Assembly (NCBI GenBank): GCA_934133005.1
Contig: CAKPAI010000001.1
Coordinates: forward strand, 298,769-362,768
DNA: 64,000 bases
Reading direction: 5' to 3'
From: an uncultured Clostridia bacterium
GTDB lineage: Bacteria > Bacillota > Clostridia > TANB77 > CAG-508
This document shows, one piece after another, positions 1 to 9,924 of the stretch. Under the pieces are notes generated by a model that made no database searches, was not told the DNA's origin, and worked only from the letters and a program-made list of their open reading frames with translations. Within the stretch, counting starts at the first letter, position 1. Every line of letters begins with the position of its first letter. Made by a program: the position numbers and the translations under genes.

Positions 1-489
1 ATTACCATATACTTTTATTCCTTCTTTTACAGGTTCAACAGTAATTACCTCATCACTATCAGCAATAATCCAGTGCAATTGAGAAAGTGGCAACTTATCA
101 CTGAATGGCTTATTCAAAAAATTCATATTTTTAATTAATTGTTTTGCTTCTCTGACATTCGAACATTGTCCCAAAATCCAGGGAATAAACTCATATGGTG
201 TTATATTGTATTTTCCCTCTTCTTTTTCATGATAAACTGCATTTCCTACAAAATTAAGTCCAGCAATTCCAAGTCCTTTTTCATTTATTGCATCATAATA
301 TAATGGATAATTTTCCGTAACATATGCCATTCCAATTATAGCATAATGTGAATTTATTTTTCCTTCTTCTCTAAAACTTAACCTAAAATTTCTTGGAGTA
401 ATAGTAACTTCATCTCCATATGAAAATTCATAATCTAAATTACGACCAAAATAAAAGTCTTTAGTTTTATAAGTGACAGCTGTACACAT
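1..489 (-). CDS. Choloylglycine (bile-salt) hydrolase / linear amide C-N hydrolase family, N-terminal part (3' end beyond window start)
   Basis: Minus-strand ORF starts ATG TGT at ~487-489 preceded by AGGAGG. Translation MCTAVTYKTKDFYFGRNLDYEF... with Cys2 nucleophile right after Met, typical of Ntn-hydrolase CBAH/penicillin V acylase family. No stop before position 1. Confidence 0.7.
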   Translation of the reverse strand, partial: MCTAVTYKTKDFYFGRNLDYEFSYGDEVTITPRNFRLSFREEGKINSHYAIIGMAYVTENYPLYYDAINEKGLGIAGLNFVGNAVYHEKEEGKYNITPYEFIPWILGQCSNVREAKQLIKNMNFLNKPFSDKLPLSQLHWIIADSDEVITVEPVKEGIKVYGN

Positions 490-553
490 ATCTTCCTCCT
501 ATGCCTCTCTCTAATATTTGATTTAAAAAAATTCCCCATTTCTGGGGAATTTT

Positions 554-979
554 TTATTCAATTTCTATATATTTTTTGTTTTCTATTTCTTTCTTTTCTT
601 CCTTTTTAGGAACAATAATTGTTAATGTACCGTTTTTTAATTTAGCCTTTATCTCATTTTCTGTAATATTATCGCCTACGTAGAAGCTTCTTGAGCAAGA
701 ACCTGAATATCTTTCTTTACGTACAAATCTGCCTTTTTCATCATCTTTTTCTTCTTTGTTAACAGTTGCATGTACATTTAAATATCCATCTTGTATTTCT
801 AGTTTTATGCCTTCTTTTTCATATCCTGGTAGATCAATGTCTATGATATATTCGTTTTTCTTTTCTTTAATATCTGTTTTCATTAGTCTACTTGCGCCTT
901 CATTAAAAAATGAATCTCCAAATACATCATCCCATAAATCAAAATCATGTTTTCTAGGTATCATCATCATAAAAATCAA
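554..979 (-). CDS. Hsp20/alpha-crystallin family small heat-shock protein
   Basis: Translation contains IDIDLPGYEKEGIKLEIQDGYLNVHA...GTLTIIVPK, the classic alpha-crystallin domain signature. 141 aa. Confidence 0.85.
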   Translation of the reverse strand: MIFMMMIPRKHDFDLWDDVFGDSFFNEGASRLMKTDIKEKKNEYIIDIDLPGYEKEGIKLEIQDGYLNVHATVNKEEKDDEKGRFVRKERYSGSCSRSFYVGDNITENEIKAKLKNGTLTIIVPKKEEKKEIENKKYIEIE

Positions 980-1235
980 CTCCTTAAAATATATTCTGTG
1001 TTGACACTTGATGGGAGTGGCACATGTTTATGATAATATTCTTTATCATTTGCAGATATATTATACATCTTATTTTAGCAAAATCAAGATACGAGTGCTA
1101 ATTTTCACATAAAATTCATATTTCCTGTGAAAGGTGCTATTTTGCTGTATAAGGCTTTGTTTGAGCTGAGCATTTCTACTGTGTATAAAAACTTTTTCTT
1201 TTTTATAAAAATAAGTCATTGTAAATATTTTATAT

Positions 1236-1640
1236 TTAATTTTCTTTGTCATACTTGTTAATTATAATTTCAACTAATTTCCTATATGATTCATTACATA
1301 CTTTTATATTTTTCTCTGATTTATTTTCAAAATCATTTAAATAATTTGTTTTTAATTCATACACTAAATCTCTTACTTTTTTGTCTTGATATTTATCTGT
1401 TTCTATCAGAAAAACAATAATTTTTTCCTGCTCTTCTTTTCCCAAATCATAAAAATTGTAAGCTCTTCCTCTATGAATATTATTCCATATATTATGAAAT
1501 CCAGTATAGTAATTTTCCATTTTTTCCTTCTTTTTATCCTTATTCAGTTGTATTTTAGTGGTTACTATTGATACTATACAAGATGCAATAATTGAAAATA
1601 TAGTTGTAATACATAAATTTATTATATTATCTTTATTCAT
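1236..1640 (-). CDS. Hypothetical membrane-anchored protein (single N-terminal TM helix)
   Basis: 134-aa ORF. Hydrophobic stretch IINLCITTIFSIIASCIVSIVTT near N-terminus. No recognisable motif. Confidence 0.45.
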   Translation of the reverse strand: MNKDNIINLCITTIFSIIASCIVSIVTTKIQLNKDKKKEKMENYYTGFHNIWNNIHRGRAYNFYDLGKEEQEKIIVFLIETDKYQDKKVRDLVYELKTNYLNDFENKSEKNIKVCNESYRKLVEIIINKYDKEN

Positions 1641-1820
1641 ATTTTTATGACCATTCCTTTCTTCGCCTTCGCTAATGCTACGTGTACAAAAGGCCCAAAC
1701 TTTATTTTTTAGACTTTACCTCAAAACTTCCATATTTTCCAATTTAATTTTAAACATTATAACACATAACGAAAAGATTGTACATTGGGTCAATCAAGTT
1801 TCGCAAAGTAAGGTTAGACT

Positions 1821-1837
1821 GACCTTCGGGTTATGAG
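1821..1837 (+). repeat. att-core-like direct repeat copy 1 (GACCTTCGGGTTATGAG); proposed left junction of integrative element 1
   Basis: 17/17 identity with 23421-23437. 13/13 with 38598-38610. Lies between last chromosomal-looking gene and first island gene. Confidence 0.6.
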
Positions 1838-1938
1838 CGAGACCTGACCACTTTTTGTAAGTTTGTGGAAATTAGAGTTTTTGTTGGTATTTCAGTATTT
1901 ACAAGAGTTTTTATTTACAGAACATTTGTGTATTTTTA

Positions 1939-1979
1939 GGGCATTTTTTGAGAGGATTTTACCCAATTTTTACCCAATT
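1939..1979 (+). repeat. Arm-type direct repeat A1 (GGCATTTT..GAGG..TTTTACCCAATTTTTACCCAATT) ~100 bp inside left core
   Basis: Near-identical ~40-bp copy at ~23260-23299. Contains tandem TTTTACCCAATT x2. Position just inside core is as expected for integrase arm-binding sites. Confidence 0.55.
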
Positions 1980-2065
1980 CATATAGTACGTTTGTTCCGG
2001 TATTTTAAGCTCTTGTAAAGGATAATTTTATTGATAAAAATTTTAATTTTTGGAGGATTTAGATT

Positions 2066-2359
2066 ATGAATAATTTTAGAGAAGTTAATGATAATATTTT
2101 AAGAGATTGGTTAGAATTTAGAGAGGAGACTTTGTGTTGCACTTTAAGTGCTGAGGATAAAAAGCATTTTGTTTATTTTGATGAGATTTCTGGAAAAATT
2201 TTAAAGAATGTTCCAGAACAAAATAAAAAGTATGTCAAGAAACAACTTGATTTGCTTGATGAGAATTTTATGGATTATATTTTCTATTGGAATGAGAAAT
2301 ATTATAGGAATGGTTTTTGTGATGGTGTGCAGCTGATTGGTGGATGTTTTAATAATTAA
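2066..2359 (+). CDS. Hypothetical small protein (97 aa)
   Basis: ORF preceded by GGAGGA RBS (tttggaggatttagattATG). Followed by a 34-bp perfect palindrome. No recognisable domain. Confidence 0.5.
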   Translation: MNNFREVNDNILRDWLEFREETLCCTLSAEDKKHFVYFDEISGKILKNVPEQNKKYVKKQLDLLDENFMDYIFYWNEKYYRNGFCDGVQLIGGCFNN

Positions 2360-2372
2360 TTAAATATCTTTT

Positions 2373-2406
2373 CCAAAGTTTTTTCAAAATTTTGAAAAAA
2401 CTTTGG
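2373..2406. terminator. 34-bp perfect palindrome CCAAAGTTTTTTCAAAA|TTTTGAAAAAACTTTGG (hairpin/terminator or protein-binding site)
   Basis: Reverse complement equals itself over 34 nt. Immediately downstream of the 2066-2359 ORF. T-rich flank. Confidence 0.6.
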
Positions 2407-2461
2407 ATTTTTATGTACTTTTTTCATCTTTTTGAAAAAAGTATCAAAGTAATTGTACAAC

Positions 2462-2487
2462 AAAAGGCGAGTTGATTCTCGCCTTTT
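2462..2487. terminator. GC-rich hairpin AAAAGGCGAGttgattCTCGCCTTTT; bidirectional intrinsic terminator at 3' end of helicase gene
   Basis: 8-bp GC-containing stem with T/A runs on both sides. Overlaps stop of the 2486-5266 minus-strand gene. Confidence 0.6.
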
Positions 2488-5266
2488 ATATTGGATCTAT
2501 TTTTCTTTTAATAAGGATAACATCTTTATTGTCTTCAATATGTTTTATAGTCGATATGATTTTATTTTGGCATTCTGGTGACCAATATATTTTTAATTTT
2601 TCTTTTGCTCTTGTTATTGATGTATAAAAAATGCTATGTGTAATTAGTTCATCTATCTCATTTGTTATTATAACTTTAACAGAATTATATTCCAATCCTT
2701 GTGATTTGTGTATAGAAACAGCATATGCAACTGAAAAAGGTACAATTGTTGTTAAATCTGAATCATCATCCTCGTCAGCGTTTCTATACTTATTAACATA
2801 GAATTTTACAATTGATTTATTATTTTCAGATTCTCCTACCAATTCTAAATCTAAATATTGAATTTCCAATTCATTAATCACTTTATCTATTTCTACTGAA
2901 AACCAAAATCTAAATTCATCCTCTTCTATATCTACGATTCTTCCTTTTAAATTATTATATATTACTGGTGAAAATCTATTAGTATCTCCAAATATAATTG
3001 GATCTCCTACTTTATAAGTACCTAAATCTAGAACTATTGATTTGTTGTTATTGTCACTTTGCAAATAATAATTTATACTATTTATTCCATATAGTCCATC
3101 ATAATTTAGACATAGTATAATTTCATCTTCATCCTGCTTCTTAAATATTTCTTCACCAATTTCTTCTGAAAATTCTTTCTTTACTAACATTTCATCAACT
3201 CTATCATCGCCATTTCTGACCAATTCCCATAAATCTAACAATTCTTGTTTTGTACTTCTCCATGTAAAGTTTAATTCAAATACTGATGTTTGCTTTACTA
3301 ATTTTTTTGATAGTGTAAACCAGTTTCCAAATGTAATAGATTCAATCTGATAAATATCTCCAGCAAGCAATATAGCACTAAAATGTGCTTTTTCTAAAAT
3401 TTGTCTCATATCCGAATTACTAATTATACTACATTCATCAATTATTAAAATGTCGCATTCAGTATCATTATTAGACTCACTAATAAATTTATGTACTGTC
3501 ATAAAATTAGAATTTTGATTCTTTACATTACTCTTTAGATTTTCAACAGCTGAATTTGTATTAGCTAAACATATTTTCTTTTCATTATTATAAAAATATG
3601 TCAAATGTTTAATTAGTGTAGTTTTACCTGTTCCAGCTGCTCCATATATTAAGGCAACTGCACTATTTTCATACATATTTAACAATATATTTTCTTTTTC
3701 TGGACAATTAATCGCGTAAATTCCTTTATTTATAAAACTTTGAAATGATGCTTTATAGCCTTTTATCCCTTTATTTGTCAAGGAATTTAACTTATTAATT
3801 ATATTAATAGTATCATTTTCATATCCATGAATATACAAATTATTATTCTCTATTACCAAGCATCTGTTAGGTTTATGTTTATAATAGATTTTATTATTAT
3901 AAGACTCTACCAATGTTGGAATGTCTCCAAAATTTTTGACTTCATCTATGCTTGTATATAATTTATTATTTTGCTCTGTGTTTTTCTTGACATAACTTGC
4001 CAATAATTCATCATCTCTTCCTTCTATAGGTATTGTCTCTATCAAATCATATCTTGTTGGATTATGATTTATTAATGATGATGCATAAGGCATTTCTTCA
4101 AATGGAATACAACCCCATTGTAAATATAAATCTGATAAAATAGAACAACTATCTGTTGCAAGCTGATTTTTTATGATTCTATTATTGCAATTATATAATA
4201 AGTATCTTAATACAACATTTCCTTTTCTATTATTTTTTATATAATATCTACATTTATCAATTAAGTCTAATATTCCAGTAGTTGTAGAATTATATTTTAT
4301 TTTCTCTTTTGCTTTATCATAATATGTATTATTCATTGTTGCTAAATCTAATAAACTGTATTGTCCTCTTGTTAATAATCTCATAACCTCTAAATATTCT
4401 TTATTATTAGCCTTATAATTTTTATTTATTCCAAAAATTTTATAAAAATTATTTATTTCACATTCTCTTATTGCGACAGACCAATTGTTTATTATATTTA
4501 TTGACATATCTCTTCCAAGAATATTTACTTTTCTTTTAACAATAGATAACTTTATTGAATAATTTGGCATAATATGCATTCTTGTAAATGCTATTATTCT
4601 ATCATACTTATTAACTTTATCTTTAGCTGGTGACAGAGTGACTTCATAATAAATTTTTCCATTAACAAAAAAAGTTTTTATTTTTTGCACATAATATTTA
4701 TCTCCATTGAATTGAGCAGATGTATTAATTGGAACTTGTTTTATTACATCAGCAACTTTTTTATAGTAATCACTAAAAGTACTATCTAAATCAACAGGAA
4801 AATCAGTTATATTATTTAAAATATCTATGTTATAAATTATCTTCATATAATCTTTTAATAATATTAGATATTTATAATATTTAAGCATTAACCTTTCAGC
4901 AGAATCATCATTTTCAACGTAATGTGATCTAGATATTTGTAAATAATAATGAAATCTTTCAATAAATTTTATATTTCCCTTACATTTTATATCATCTAAT
5001 GCTATTCTAACTGTTTTATTATCATAATTAACAGTTTCTGTTTTTCCTGTTAAATATATCTTAACAGCAATATATTCTACAAAAGTTCTTAATGCATTTA
5101 ATAAATTTTGAGATAAAAATCCACGATCATTATCCGAAAATTTATTTATATTTCGTTCAATATTTGAATTAGCTTCCATTATTCTCTTATCTATACTATT
5201 AAAATTATATTTTTCTTCAATTTTTATCATCTTACTTAATCCTTTCTTGTATAATGTAAAAAGCAA
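2486..5266 (-). CDS. Large (926 aa) protein: ~500-aa N-terminal region of unknown function fused to RecD/Pif1-like SF1 helicase (AAA_30 + UvrD_C_2-like)
   Basis: Walker A LIYGAAGTGKTTLIKHL. Walker B ILIIDECSII. C-terminal VSIHKSQGLEYNSVKVII, the characteristic RecD-like UvrD_C_2 motif. N-terminal half has no recognisable motif. Confidence 0.7.
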   Translation of the reverse strand: MLFTLYKKGLSKMIKIEEKYNFNSIDKRIMEANSNIERNINKFSDNDRGFLSQNLLNALRTFVEYIAVKIYLTGKTETVNYDNKTVRIALDDIKCKGNIKFIERFHYYLQISRSHYVENDDSAERLMLKYYKYLILLKDYMKIIYNIDILNNITDFPVDLDSTFSDYYKKVADVIKQVPINTSAQFNGDKYYVQKIKTFFVNGKIYYEVTLSPAKDKVNKYDRIIAFTRMHIMPNYSIKLSIVKRKVNILGRDMSINIINNWSVAIRECEINNFYKIFGINKNYKANNKEYLEVMRLLTRGQYSLLDLATMNNTYYDKAKEKIKYNSTTTGILDLIDKCRYYIKNNRKGNVVLRYLLYNCNNRIIKNQLATDSCSILSDLYLQWGCIPFEEMPYASSLINHNPTRYDLIETIPIEGRDDELLASYVKKNTEQNNKLYTSIDEVKNFGDIPTLVESYNNKIYYKHKPNRCLVIENNNLYIHGYENDTINIINKLNSLTNKGIKGYKASFQSFINKGIYAINCPEKENILLNMYENSAVALIYGAAGTGKTTLIKHLTYFYNNEKKICLANTNSAVENLKSNVKNQNSNFMTVHKFISESNNDTECDILIIDECSIISNSDMRQILEKAHFSAILLAGDIYQIESITFGNWFTLSKKLVKQTSVFELNFTWRSTKQELLDLWELVRNGDDRVDEMLVKKEFSEEIGEEIFKKQDEDEIILCLNYDGLYGINSINYYLQSDNNNKSIVLDLGTYKVGDPIIFGDTNRFSPVIYNNLKGRIVDIEEDEFRFWFSVEIDKVINELEIQYLDLELVGESENNKSIVKFYVNKYRNADEDDDSDLTTIVPFSVAYAVSIHKSQGLEYNSVKVIITNEIDELITHSIFYTSITRAKEKLKIYWSPECQNKIISTIKHIEDNKDVILIKRKIDPI

Positions 5267-5302
5267 AATAATTCTGTAATATAATTACTATTATTTTGCT
5301 TT
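5259..5302. terminator. Hairpin AAAGCAAAATAAT...ATTATTTTGCTTT downstream of fic-like gene
   Basis: 11-bp inverted repeat arms with T-run on minus strand after the stem. Confidence 0.45.
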
Positions 5303-5310
5303 TCTTTAGT

Positions 5311-6246
5311 TTATTTATTTCCAATATAATATTTAATCATTTCTGTGTATTGATCCTGCGCATTTAAACAAGTATCTATTAAATATCCTTTTTCTTTATT
5401 AGTTTGATATTGATTTAGTCCCCTATAATAAAATAGTTTTTCTTTATCTAAAATGATAAATGGTACAATATTATTTTTCAAACATTCTTTAAATGCAATT
5501 ATTCTACCAACTCTACCATTACCATCTTGAAATGGATGTATCTTTTCAAATTTTGCATGAAATTCTATTATTTCATTTATTGTAACTTGTTTCAAAGACT
5601 CATACCATTCTAACAATTTTTTCATATCTCTTTCAACATTTTTAGGATCTGTAGTTTTTAGTCCTCCTACTTCATTAGCTAATTTTTTATAATCTCCCAC
5701 TACAAACCAATCTTTTCTGCTATCTGATGTTCCCTCTTTTAATATTTTGTGAAATTCTTTTATCATCTTTTCAGTTAACTTTTTACTTGCTATATCTAAC
5801 ATATAATCAACTAATTTAAAATGATTAGCCGTTTCTAATACATCATCTAAATCTGTAATAGAATCTTTTTCTGCCAATAAAGTGTTAGTCTCATAAATAT
5901 ATCTAGTCTGATCTTCTGTGAGCTTACTTCCTTCAATATGATTTGTATTATATGCAAATGTAATTTGAGTATTATGATATAGATTTCCTTTTAATTTCAT
6001 ATTTTTTTGTTCTCTTAACACTTCTAAAATATTTATTTTAGATATATCAAAATCATCTTCTTTAATCAATTCATCAACAGAAATTTCAAATATTTCAGCT
6101 AACTTTTTTAATGATTCGATATTAGGTTCTAATGTTCCAGATTCATATTTAGAAACTGTAGCTGGTTTCACTCCTAATGATTCTGCAATTTCAACTTGCG
6201 TCATGTTTTTATTTTCTCTATATAATTTTATTTTTTCTCCTAACAT
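5311..6246 (-). CDS. HTH(XRE)-Fic family protein (Fic/Doc AMPylation-type fold, N-terminal helix-turn-helix)
   Basis: N-term MTQVEIAESLGVKPATVSKYESG (XRE HTH). C-terminal Fic motif IHPFQDGNGRVGR matching HPFx[DE]GNGR. Confidence 0.85.
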   Translation of the reverse strand: MLGEKIKLYRENKNMTQVEIAESLGVKPATVSKYESGTLEPNIESLKKLAEIFEISVDELIKEDDFDISKINILEVLREQKNMKLKGNLYHNTQITFAYNTNHIEGSKLTEDQTRYIYETNTLLAEKDSITDLDDVLETANHFKLVDYMLDIASKKLTEKMIKEFHKILKEGTSDSRKDWFVVGDYKKLANEVGGLKTTDPKNVERDMKKLLEWYESLKQVTINEIIEFHAKFEKIHPFQDGNGRVGRIIAFKECLKNNIVPFIILDKEKLFYYRGLNQYQTNKEKGYLIDTCLNAQDQYTEMIKYYIGNK

Positions 6247-6370
6247 AATAAAAACTCTCCTTTTTGATTATAATAATATTATATCATATCATTTCCAAAA
6301 AAGAAAGTTTTTATTTAATTGTTTTATAATTATTTCTAAAATAGAATCATATATTTTGTTATATACTAAC

Positions 6371-7822
6371 TTAATAAAATAAATTTTCTTTCATTTCAAT
6401 AACCTTTTTATCTATTTCTGAAAAATCATATACAGATGCAAAAATTACTTGATATTCTTTAAAATCACGCTCTAATATCTTTATCATAGCAATAGAAGCA
6501 TTACTTGTTAATTCATTAGTTCGTGGTGAATCAATTATTATAGGTAAATTCAGTCCATATCTATTTTTAATTTCTAATAAATATGCAATCTTAAAAGAAA
6601 ATGACATATGTGTCAAAATTCTTCCTGTTTTGCCTTTTAATTTATTTGTTAATACAAATTTAGAACTATCGCCAATATACTCATCAAATTTTAATTCTTT
6701 GGCATATTTTTTTATAGTATTATAAATTGAATTCAAATACATGTTATTTTCTGATAATATATTATGCAATTCATTCATCAATTTTTGTTTTCTTCTTGTT
6801 AATTGCCCAATTATTTTATCCATTTGTTTTTCATTAATATTGACATCTTTTAGCATCTCATCAACTTCTTCAGCAACAGTTTTTACATTAAATAAAATAT
6901 TTCTATCATTTAGCTCATCTTCAATTTTATTTATTTCGTTTTTAATTTTACCTAAATTTATTTCTAATTCTTTTTTTCTTGTTTCATAGAAAATCTGATT
7001 TTCATTATAATTTAATATATTATCTTTAGCTAGTTTAACGGAATTATCATTAGAAATTTTTACATATATATCTAACTTTTCAAGGTAGTCAACTAATTTT
7101 TTATTATCTTTTAAAATGCCACTAACATCTTTAATATCATTTTTTATTTCAGCCTCTCTTATTTTAAGTAATTTTAATTGACTATATAACTCGTTATCAT
7201 CATTCTTGGTATATGATGTAACTTCTTCAATAATATTTTCACTTTTATATTCCGCAATACTTTTTAGTGATCTATATTTTCGTATTTCATCTTCTATCTT
7301 TTTTATTTCATTATTAATTGAAGAAACATCTTTATCGGATAATGCAGAAATAAAATCTTCTATATTAAATCTGTTTTTTCCTATAATTATTCCTCTATTT
7401 AGAAGAGTCCATCCTTTTTCTTGGTCAATATAAAAAATAGCTAATAAATTATTTAGAATCATAATTTCACTTATGTTAAAAATTTTAGAATGTAGCTCAT
7501 ATAATTGTTCAGGTACTATATAAGTTATTTTCTCATTTTTTTCATTCAAAATAACAATATCTCCTTTTCGTTCAAGTGAATATTGTTGTTCATTTTCTAT
7601 TATATCTATATGTATAAAAAAATCATCAAAAGTCTTTATTCCATCTGTTGCAGGTATGTTATATCCTAGTCCGAATAGTATTGCTCTTAGCAAAGTTGTT
7701 TTTCCTTTTGAATTTTCTTTACTATAAATCAAATTAATCTTATCATCAAAAACAAACTCTCTATATTCATCTTTCCTTTGAATAATAACTTTTCTAATTT
7801 TCATATTTGTTAGCCCTTTCAA
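6371..7822 (-). CDS. lmuB: SMC/ABC-like coiled-coil ATPase; candidate Lamassu LmuB (DUF3732-like)
   Basis: Walker A SKGKTTLLRAILFGLG near N-terminus. ~300 aa of K/E/I/N-rich coiled-coil. C-terminal signature-like KGKTGRILTHMS and Walker B LPIIIDSP. Probable true ATG start at ~7804 (MKIRKV...), 5 nt after upstream stop. Confidence 0.5.
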   Translation of the reverse strand: MKGLTNMKIRKVIIQRKDEYREFVFDDKINLIYSKENSKGKTTLLRAILFGLGYNIPATDGIKTFDDFFIHIDIIENEQQYSLERKGDIVILNEKNEKITYIVPEQLYELHSKIFNISEIMILNNLLAIFYIDQEKGWTLLNRGIIIGKNRFNIEDFISALSDKDVSSINNEIKKIEDEIRKYRSLKSIAEYKSENIIEEVTSYTKNDDNELYSQLKLLKIREAEIKNDIKDVSGILKDNKKLVDYLEKLDIYVKISNDNSVKLAKDNILNYNENQIFYETRKKELEINLGKIKNEINKIEDELNDRNILFNVKTVAEEVDEMLKDVNINEKQMDKIIGQLTRRKQKLMNELHNILSENNMYLNSIYNTIKKYAKELKFDEYIGDSSKFVLTNKLKGKTGRILTHMSFSFKIAYLLEIKNRYGLNLPIIIDSPRTNELTSNASIAMIKILERDFKEYQVIFASVYDFSEIDKKVIEMKENLFY

Positions 7823-8819
7823 ACATTTGCATTATATTTCCTTTTCTTATGAATATTTTTTTTGCAATAATTTTTGAGCAAGCTTTCTCTATAGTTTCCA
7901 TATTGCTATCTTTATTATTTTTAAAAACTATATCGTATATTTCGTTTTCATATTTAATAACAAACTGATTGCTTCTTATTTCTTTATCTTCGATTTTAGC
8001 TTTCATTATTAAATTGCTAATCTTATTATATACATCAAAGTCAGCTTCTTTATAGTTTATTATCCTATCATACGTATCTAATGCTTCAAAAAAAGTTTCT
8101 TCTTCAATTTCCATACTTTCGTCAAACTTTATTGAGTTTCCATCGCCTAATTTTAAGATTAAAAGTCTCCACAAAACATCTTCCTTTTTAAATTTTAATT
8201 TCATATTATTTTGAGTTGCATTATGTAGTGCTTCTGACTCTAACATTTGTAGGAATCTATTTTTATATGGTAGTAAATCCGAACTGATAAAAGTTAAAAA
8301 GTCTTCAATTTTGGCAATTATATATTTCTGTTTTGTTTCTTTATCTTCACCAAAAAAAGGGACTTTAGCAATTATTAATTTATCCCTATTTATGTTCTTT
8401 TGTAATTGATTAAGTTGAATATCAATTTTTTCTTTTGAAGCTAAAGATAATTCATTATATTTGAAAAATGATACTAATTCAAATTCATTTGTTCCAGAGT
8501 TTAATGGGTTCGGTTCTAAATTACTTATATATATTAGGCTTTCTGAATCATTATCATTAACATCTGATAATGATTCCAAAGCCTTTCTTAATTTTGTTGA
8601 ATATGAACTCGTATCACCATCATTAATATTTTGTTTTGATTTTGCTTGTGCATAAATTTTTTTACTATTATTTAATGAAATTTCAATATCTTCCTTTTCT
8701 CCTTCTATCTTCATTTCTTTAAATTTTCCAAAATATTTTATCATTAAATATATAGCTATATTAATTTGAAATTGCCATCCAAAAGCACTTGCACTTGCAT
8801 TTCTATTTATAGCTTTCAT
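7794..8819 (-). CDS. lmuA: PD-(D/E)xK-type nuclease-like protein; candidate Lamassu LmuA (DUF4297/Cap4-nuclease-like N-terminus)
   Basis: N-terminal ASAFGWQFQINIAIYLMIKYF followed by IEGEKEDIEISLNN...YAQAKS, a G-aromatic-x-aromatic-Q then E-x-E-D then Q-x-K pattern. Directly upstream of and operonic with the SMC-like ATPase. Confidence 0.45.
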   Translation of the reverse strand: MKAINRNASASAFGWQFQINIAIYLMIKYFGKFKEMKIEGEKEDIEISLNNSKKIYAQAKSKQNINDGDTSSYSTKLRKALESLSDVNDNDSESLIYISNLEPNPLNSGTNEFELVSFFKYNELSLASKEKIDIQLNQLQKNINRDKLIIAKVPFFGEDKETKQKYIIAKIEDFLTFISSDLLPYKNRFLQMLESEALHNATQNNMKLKFKKEDVLWRLLILKLGDGNSIKFDESMEIEEETFFEALDTYDRIINYKEADFDVYNKISNLIMKAKIEDKEIRSNQFVIKYENEIYDIVFKNNKDSNMETIEKACSKIIAKKIFIRKGNIMQMFERANKYEN

Positions 8820-8904
8820 TTATATTACCTTCTACTCATAAAAATTTAAATTTGGCAAAATTTTAGTAATTTTAATTATTTTTATTATAAGTCAATTTTT
8901 AAAT

Positions 8905-9924
8905 TTATTCTTCCACTTCAATTACAGGTATAAATAATTTCTTTAATTTTATGGTATCTTTAAATTTCTCTGACATATCATCATAGTATTTTAAAATTAA
9001 ATCTACTAATTCACTTCCATTAATAGATTTTATTATTGGATGCTTTTCTAAATATATTTTAGCATTTTTTGCATAATCTGATAAAGTTACAAATAAACCA
9101 TAATCTCCTTCGTCCATAGTTCCTTTTAATGATTGTACTGTAGATTCTGTGATATTTCCATCTTGGCTTTTTACTTGTACAATAATTCTTGGTGGCAATT
9201 CATCTTTATATGCAATAATGTCTTTTCCATTATCTCCTCCGTGAGGACTAATTTTTGTTCTATATCCCATTGCATTTAATAAATCTGCGACAACATCCTC
9301 CAATTCATATCCTTTAAAATTTTTATTTAACTCTTTTAATACATAATCTTTGGTACTTTCTAATATAGTCTCTGAAGTCGCAAATACATTATCGTCATTT
9401 TCTTGATTATTTTTTACCTTCTTTCCATTGTGAAGAGCATTTATAAATTCATCTGCATAATGCCTTACTTGAAAAAATGATAAAAATGATCCTATTTCAT
9501 ATAATGCACCTTGCGAAAATTCTTCTCTTGGTAATTTTTTTAACCATTTTACTTTTCTCTTTTGATTATATTCTGTTTCTCTACTATCAAAGAAATATTC
9601 CCCTTCAATTTGTCCAATATTAATCATTCTATTAAATTTTGTTGGATATATCACATAATCTCCTATTTTAGCTTCATTAACAAATCTAAATAGTTGTCCT
9701 GCAGAACCTGCTATAGATTGTTTAGATTTGTTTGGATAAACTTTATCATAGGCCTTATAATAAGATTCTCTATCTGTATCTATTGTGGATAAATCTCCCA
9801 TTTCATGCCAACCTATAGCTATGACTTCATCTTGTAATAATAAATTTTCATTATTCGTATTATGAATTCCCCAAACTATTATTTCCTCACTCATTATTTT
9901 TCCTTTTATGTTATATTTAATCAC
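8905..9924 (-). CDS. mrr: Type IV (modification-dependent) restriction endonuclease Mrr (Mrr_N winged-helix + Mrr_cat PD-(D/E)xK)
   Basis: Catalytic-domain motif ISPHGGDNGKDIIAYKDELPPRIIVQVKSQ, matching GxDxGxD ... VQxK of Mrr_cat. N-terminal ~110 aa resembles Mrr_N. Confidence 0.8.
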   Translation of the reverse strand: MIKYNIKGKIMSEEIIVWGIHNTNNENLLLQDEVIAIGWHEMGDLSTIDTDRESYYKAYDKVYPNKSKQSIAGSAGQLFRFVNEAKIGDYVIYPTKFNRMINIGQIEGEYFFDSRETEYNQKRKVKWLKKLPREEFSQGALYEIGSFLSFFQVRHYADEFINALHNGKKVKNNQENDDNVFATSETILESTKDYVLKELNKNFKGYELEDVVADLLNAMGYRTKISPHGGDNGKDIIAYKDELPPRIIVQVKSQDGNITESTVQSLKGTMDEGDYGLFVTLSDYAKNAKIYLEKHPIIKSINGSELVDLILKYYDDMSEKFKDTIKLKKLFIPVIEVEE

